From positions 68,130 through 132,129 of the IMG/VR virus record IMGVR_UViG_3300030390_001877: a stretch of 64,000 nucleotides of DNA; one strand, written 5' to 3'. Made by a program: the position numbers and the translations under genes. Below the pieces are notes generated by a model that made no database searches, was not told the origin of the DNA, and saw only the letters and a list, made by a program, of their open reading frames with translations. Positions 60,864 to 64,000 of the stretch are shown here, in pieces. Positions within the stretch are counted from its first letter, which is position 1. Each line of letters starts with the position of its first letter. Source of the DNA: a virus.

Positions 60864-62123
60864 TATTTTTGATTTAACATCGGCTACGTATTTGAAAAGT
60901 GTATTACCTATTGGAGGTATTTACCTATGTTACCTGCCCGACAACAAAGCTTTTCATAGTTATATGTATGAGGTGGTAGAAGTTGTGAAGGTTAAACAAC
61001 CAAACGGTGAGTGGGTAGACGGGTTGTGTTACAGAGGAAAGGGAGGGGTGTTCGTTAGAACTTTAGATATGTTCTCTAAAGATAAGTGGAAATTTAAAAT
61101 TGGGTTGGGAGGTTGATATGAGCACAACATACGTTGCAAAACTAGTATACGGAGTAAAAGAATCTTTGGCAGAGTTCTACTGTAAACAAGATAAGATTGA
61201 TTTGAAAAATGATTGTGAAATTAATAATGTAAACTATTATTACAATTTAGGTGTTTTTGGTGTAGAGTTAGAATCTTCTGAGGAAGGAGACCTCACTAAG
61301 GTAAACTTAGACACTTTTATGAGAGAACACAGTGTTGCAGATGTAATAAAGAATCACGAAGAGTGTAAAATATACCTTTGTGTAGATAGCTATTAAGGAG
61401 AAACAATATGAATGAAGAAATAAATTGGGACGATGCTCCAGAGGGGTATGATCTACACGTTAAAATGAAAACTGAAAATTACTTAGTCAACCACTTTGTT
61501 AAAAACTTAGATAATGGTCACTATTCCCTTCCTAACGGGTGGATATTGAATACCTCCTTATGTCATCAACACGGAATTGTCACAGAGAGACCCTCTCAAG
61601 AAGAAGAACCGTCTCTAATGGATAAAGACTCTCTACAAGGACAACTTTCTCACATAGGAAACCTTCTGCACAATTTATCTTGTTCAATGGAGAATGAAGC
61701 ACATCAAGATGCAGTAGGTATTATGGCAAGTCGATTATGGGAAATGTCTAAACTATTATGCAAACAAACACCTGAACAAAGACTTCGTGCAAAAGTATGG
61801 GACGTTGTTGCAGAAACAGATATCCGTGAATCAGAGATAGATGCCATCACAACAGATATTCTTGAGAGATTTAATTTGGAGGAGAAATGATATTATCAAA
61901 AGAAGAACTTTTATCAGCACATAACAACGGCACTTTAGAAGGGTTACTTCTCGGACATGGAATACTTCCTCTGAAAGCGTTAGAATATGTTCTGGAAGAG
62001 GAAACTTCTGAGAGGGATAACCTCTTAGCTCAGATAGAAACCCTTGAAAACGGTATAAACTCTTTGCATGAGAAGATTGAGGACTTACAAGAGGAACTTG
62101 ACGAGAAGAGTGGTTCTCTGTAA
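60856..62123 (+). CDS. Four hypothetical proteins (60856-61116, 61118-61396, 61408-61890, 61887-62123)
   Basis: Packed ORFs with RBS. Confidence 0.7.
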
Positions 62124-62245
62124 GCGTTTCTGAGGTACATTTATGTACTACCCACTACGATGACCTTCTTAAAAGGAGAAATCCTCTTAGAAACGTATTG
62201 TGGTAGGTAGGATTTGATTTAATATAGATATTATAGGAGAGTATA

Positions 62246-62788
62246 ATGGAGAATAAATTAAGAAAGTTTAAATTGGTTAATAGGGAGGGTTTTATTAACT
62301 CTTATAGTCTTAATAAACACCTCCTGAGATTTTTAGAAGAAGGTTGTTTTATAGGTTACATATCAGAGGGCAACGAACTTATCTATAAACATAATAGTGA
62401 CCGAATTCTTATTGAAGAAGATGAGTTCCAATTCTTCAAAGAAATACCTCTTGAACAAGAACAACACTATTGGAAAGAAAATACTCCTCTCGAAAAGTCT
62501 CTCATCGTAGGTAAGAAATGTCAGGGAGATAAACCTTTCCAGATAGAACACGTTGGAGAAGAGATTGTTCTATTGAAAGAAGTGGATTCTGGGAAGGAAA
62601 GCTGCACAACAAAAGATAATCTTAAGAGTTTATTACCTAACGAAGAGGTAATCTTGTTTCAAAAGGTATTATCTAAGTGGAAAGGAATCACTTTGGATAA
62701 TGCTTATGACAACAGAGGGAGTGTTGTTAATTTAGAAAGGTTTTATCTTGTTGTGAAAGAAGTGTTTGACGAACATTATAAATCTTAA
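62246..62788 (+). CDS. Hypothetical protein
   Basis: 180-aa ORF, AGGAG RBS. Confidence 0.7.
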   Translation: MENKLRKFKLVNREGFINSYSLNKHLLRFLEEGCFIGYISEGNELIYKHNSDRILIEEDEFQFFKEIPLEQEQHYWKENTPLEKSLIVGKKCQGDKPFQIEHVGEEIVLLKEVDSGKESCTTKDNLKSLLPNEEVILFQKVLSKWKGITLDNAYDNRGSVVNLERFYLVVKEVFDEHYKS

Positions 62789-62791
62789 AAT

Positions 62792-62815
62792 AAAGGAGGC
62801 TTTCACCTCCTTTTT
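62792..62815. terminator. Bidirectional terminator between convergent genes
   Basis: AAAGGAGG-CTTTCA-CCTCCTTT with flanking A and T runs. Confidence 0.85.
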
Positions 62816-62820
62816 AACGT

Positions 62821-63249
62821 CTATAATTTGATAAAATATTTCTCGTCATCAAGGGTTGTGTTGAAAAGACCACTCTTTACCCAACCGCCACTCCCATCTC
62901 CCCAGAAGTCTGCACTCAATCCTTGTTCATCTGTTTTATAGAATATACCTGTCATACGTCCTCTGTGAGAAGCCCCTTCTGGGATGTTACGTTTGATAAA
63001 AGATTTCCACTCTTCTGCACGTATTGTATCAGCAGAGCGAATATACTTTTCTTTGTAAGATTCACTCTCTATAACAGAAGCCACTCTATCCTCAAAAGAT
63101 AACATCTCTTCTTTAGTAAATACTTTTGAATAATCCACTCCAATACAAGCAGTATTTTTAACAGGGGTTTTATTTTCTATACGAGTTTTCTCTTTCTGAG
63201 AGTACTCTTGTGCTGCAGATTCTAATGCTTGGAATAAATCTTGTTTCAT
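62821..63249 (-). CDS. Hypothetical protein (isolated minus-strand gene)
   Basis: 142 aa with own promoter and terminator. Confidence 0.75.
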   Translation of the reverse strand: MKQDLFQALESAAQEYSQKEKTRIENKTPVKNTACIGVDYSKVFTKEEMLSFEDRVASVIESESYKEKYIRSADTIRAEEWKSFIKRNIPEGASHRGRMTGIFYKTDEQGLSADFWGDGSGGWVKSGLFNTTLDDEKYFIKL

Positions 63250-63278
63250 AAGGTTTCCTTTGTTAAATATGATTAATC

Positions 63279-63380
63279 ATCCTACCAAACAAACTTATTC
63301 TTGTCAAATATGCTTTTTATTAAATAAACAACCTTTTTATCAAATTAGTTGTTGACAAAAGTGTTTTAGGTAGGTATTAT
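63279..63380. promoter_or_regulatory. Divergent sigma70-type promoters
   Basis: Minus TTGACA(63307-63302)-17-TAGGAT; plus TTGACA(63352)-17-TATTAT. Confidence 0.75.
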
Positions 63381-63428
63381 TATGAAGAATATTATTTAAG
63401 GAAATTAATTTAAAGGAGAGGTAAAAAT

Positions 63429-64000
63429 ATGATAGAAGAAGATGGTTATTTCCTACGGATAGGGTTGACCTTGGAAGAAATGGCAACAATACCCGAAGAG
63501 TACAAACATACTACAAAATTAGGAGACTTTATGTTACTGGGTAATGAAAAAGAAATCTCCTTATTAGAACACATACTTTTTGTAGATTTAAGTGATTATT
63601 GTTTTGACTGGTTCATAGTTAGTAAATTAGAAGAGGAGAACACTAATGGAAAGTAAAACTATTCAAATGGGAGGTTATAATATTAAGATGAAAGATGGAT
63701 ACTATGTTATCAAAGAACAACGCATCTCAGAAGAAGGGAACTCTTACGAAACAATGAGTAAAACTTTCTCAAACGAAGAATACACTCTGAAATGGCTATC
63801 CTCTAATGGACATAACTCTTCTGTAGAGGGGGTTCTGTTTGAATTGAAAGAAGATTACTTTAATAATTGGAATACTCAGAGTTTGAGTCGTCTGAGGACA
63901 GCTAATAAACGTAAGGAGAGTAGTAAATAATGGAGTTTAATGGAACAGTGTTAGTAAGTAACCGTAAGATAGAAAACGCCTTAAGTAATTACACCTCTTT
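63429..64000 (+). CDS. Two hypothetical proteins (63429-63656, 63646-63930) and a partial ORF from 63930 (MEFNGTVLVSNRKIEN...)
   Basis: ORF track plus manual reading of the window end. Confidence 0.65.

Noticed and set aside
62150-62185. Hammerhead-like CGAUGA-stem-AGAAA
   Set aside because: Lacks the CUGAnGA core and G-C closing pair, and has an extra base before GAAA
1-64000. CRISPR array or solitary CRISPR repeat
   Set aside because: No regularly spaced direct repeats and no I-E or I-F-like repeat seen by eye
1-64000. Stop-codon reassignment
   Set aside because: Conserved enzymes are intact and end in TAA, TAG or TGA; the two interrupted small ORFs involve different stops and a frameshift

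Overview
This is a 64-kb slice of an AT-rich, apparently lytic tailed dsDNA phage genome (Caudoviricetes). No integrase, repressor cassette, tRNA, rRNA or CRISPR array was seen. A marine gammaproteobacterial host such as Vibrio is plausible from the tail-fibre style but is only an inference. Layout: (i) 1-23.8 kb on the minus strand holds head morphogenesis genes (terL, portal, S49 protease/scaffold, decoration, major capsid, head completion) preceded by accessory genes (DnaQ exonuclease, SLOG, Dda/Pif1 helicase, metallophosphoesterase, a compact T7-RNAP/PolA-like protein, an HTH protein); (ii) 24.0-28.3 kb on the plus strand is a holin/tail-fibre island; (iii) 28.7-64 kb, mostly plus strand, carries many small hypothetical genes plus DNA and nucleotide metabolism (ligase, 5'-3' exonuclease, RdgC, MazG-like, thyA, DHFR, nrdA with intein, nrdB-glutaredoxin fusion, PhoH, HslV-like protease, Dam-type methylase). 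Highlights the ORF track misses: terL is split into three exons by two ORF-less group I introns sitting exactly in its Walker A and Walker B motifs, with a free-standing HNH endonuclease gene overlapping the terL start; a ~440-aa protein carries T7-RNA-polymerase-like catalytic motifs; several promoters have the -10 box inside a hairpin; two late promoters share an identical 13-nt +1 sequence; and several non-coding leaders look structured or pseudoknotted. All family assignments come from motif recognition by eye, without database searches.
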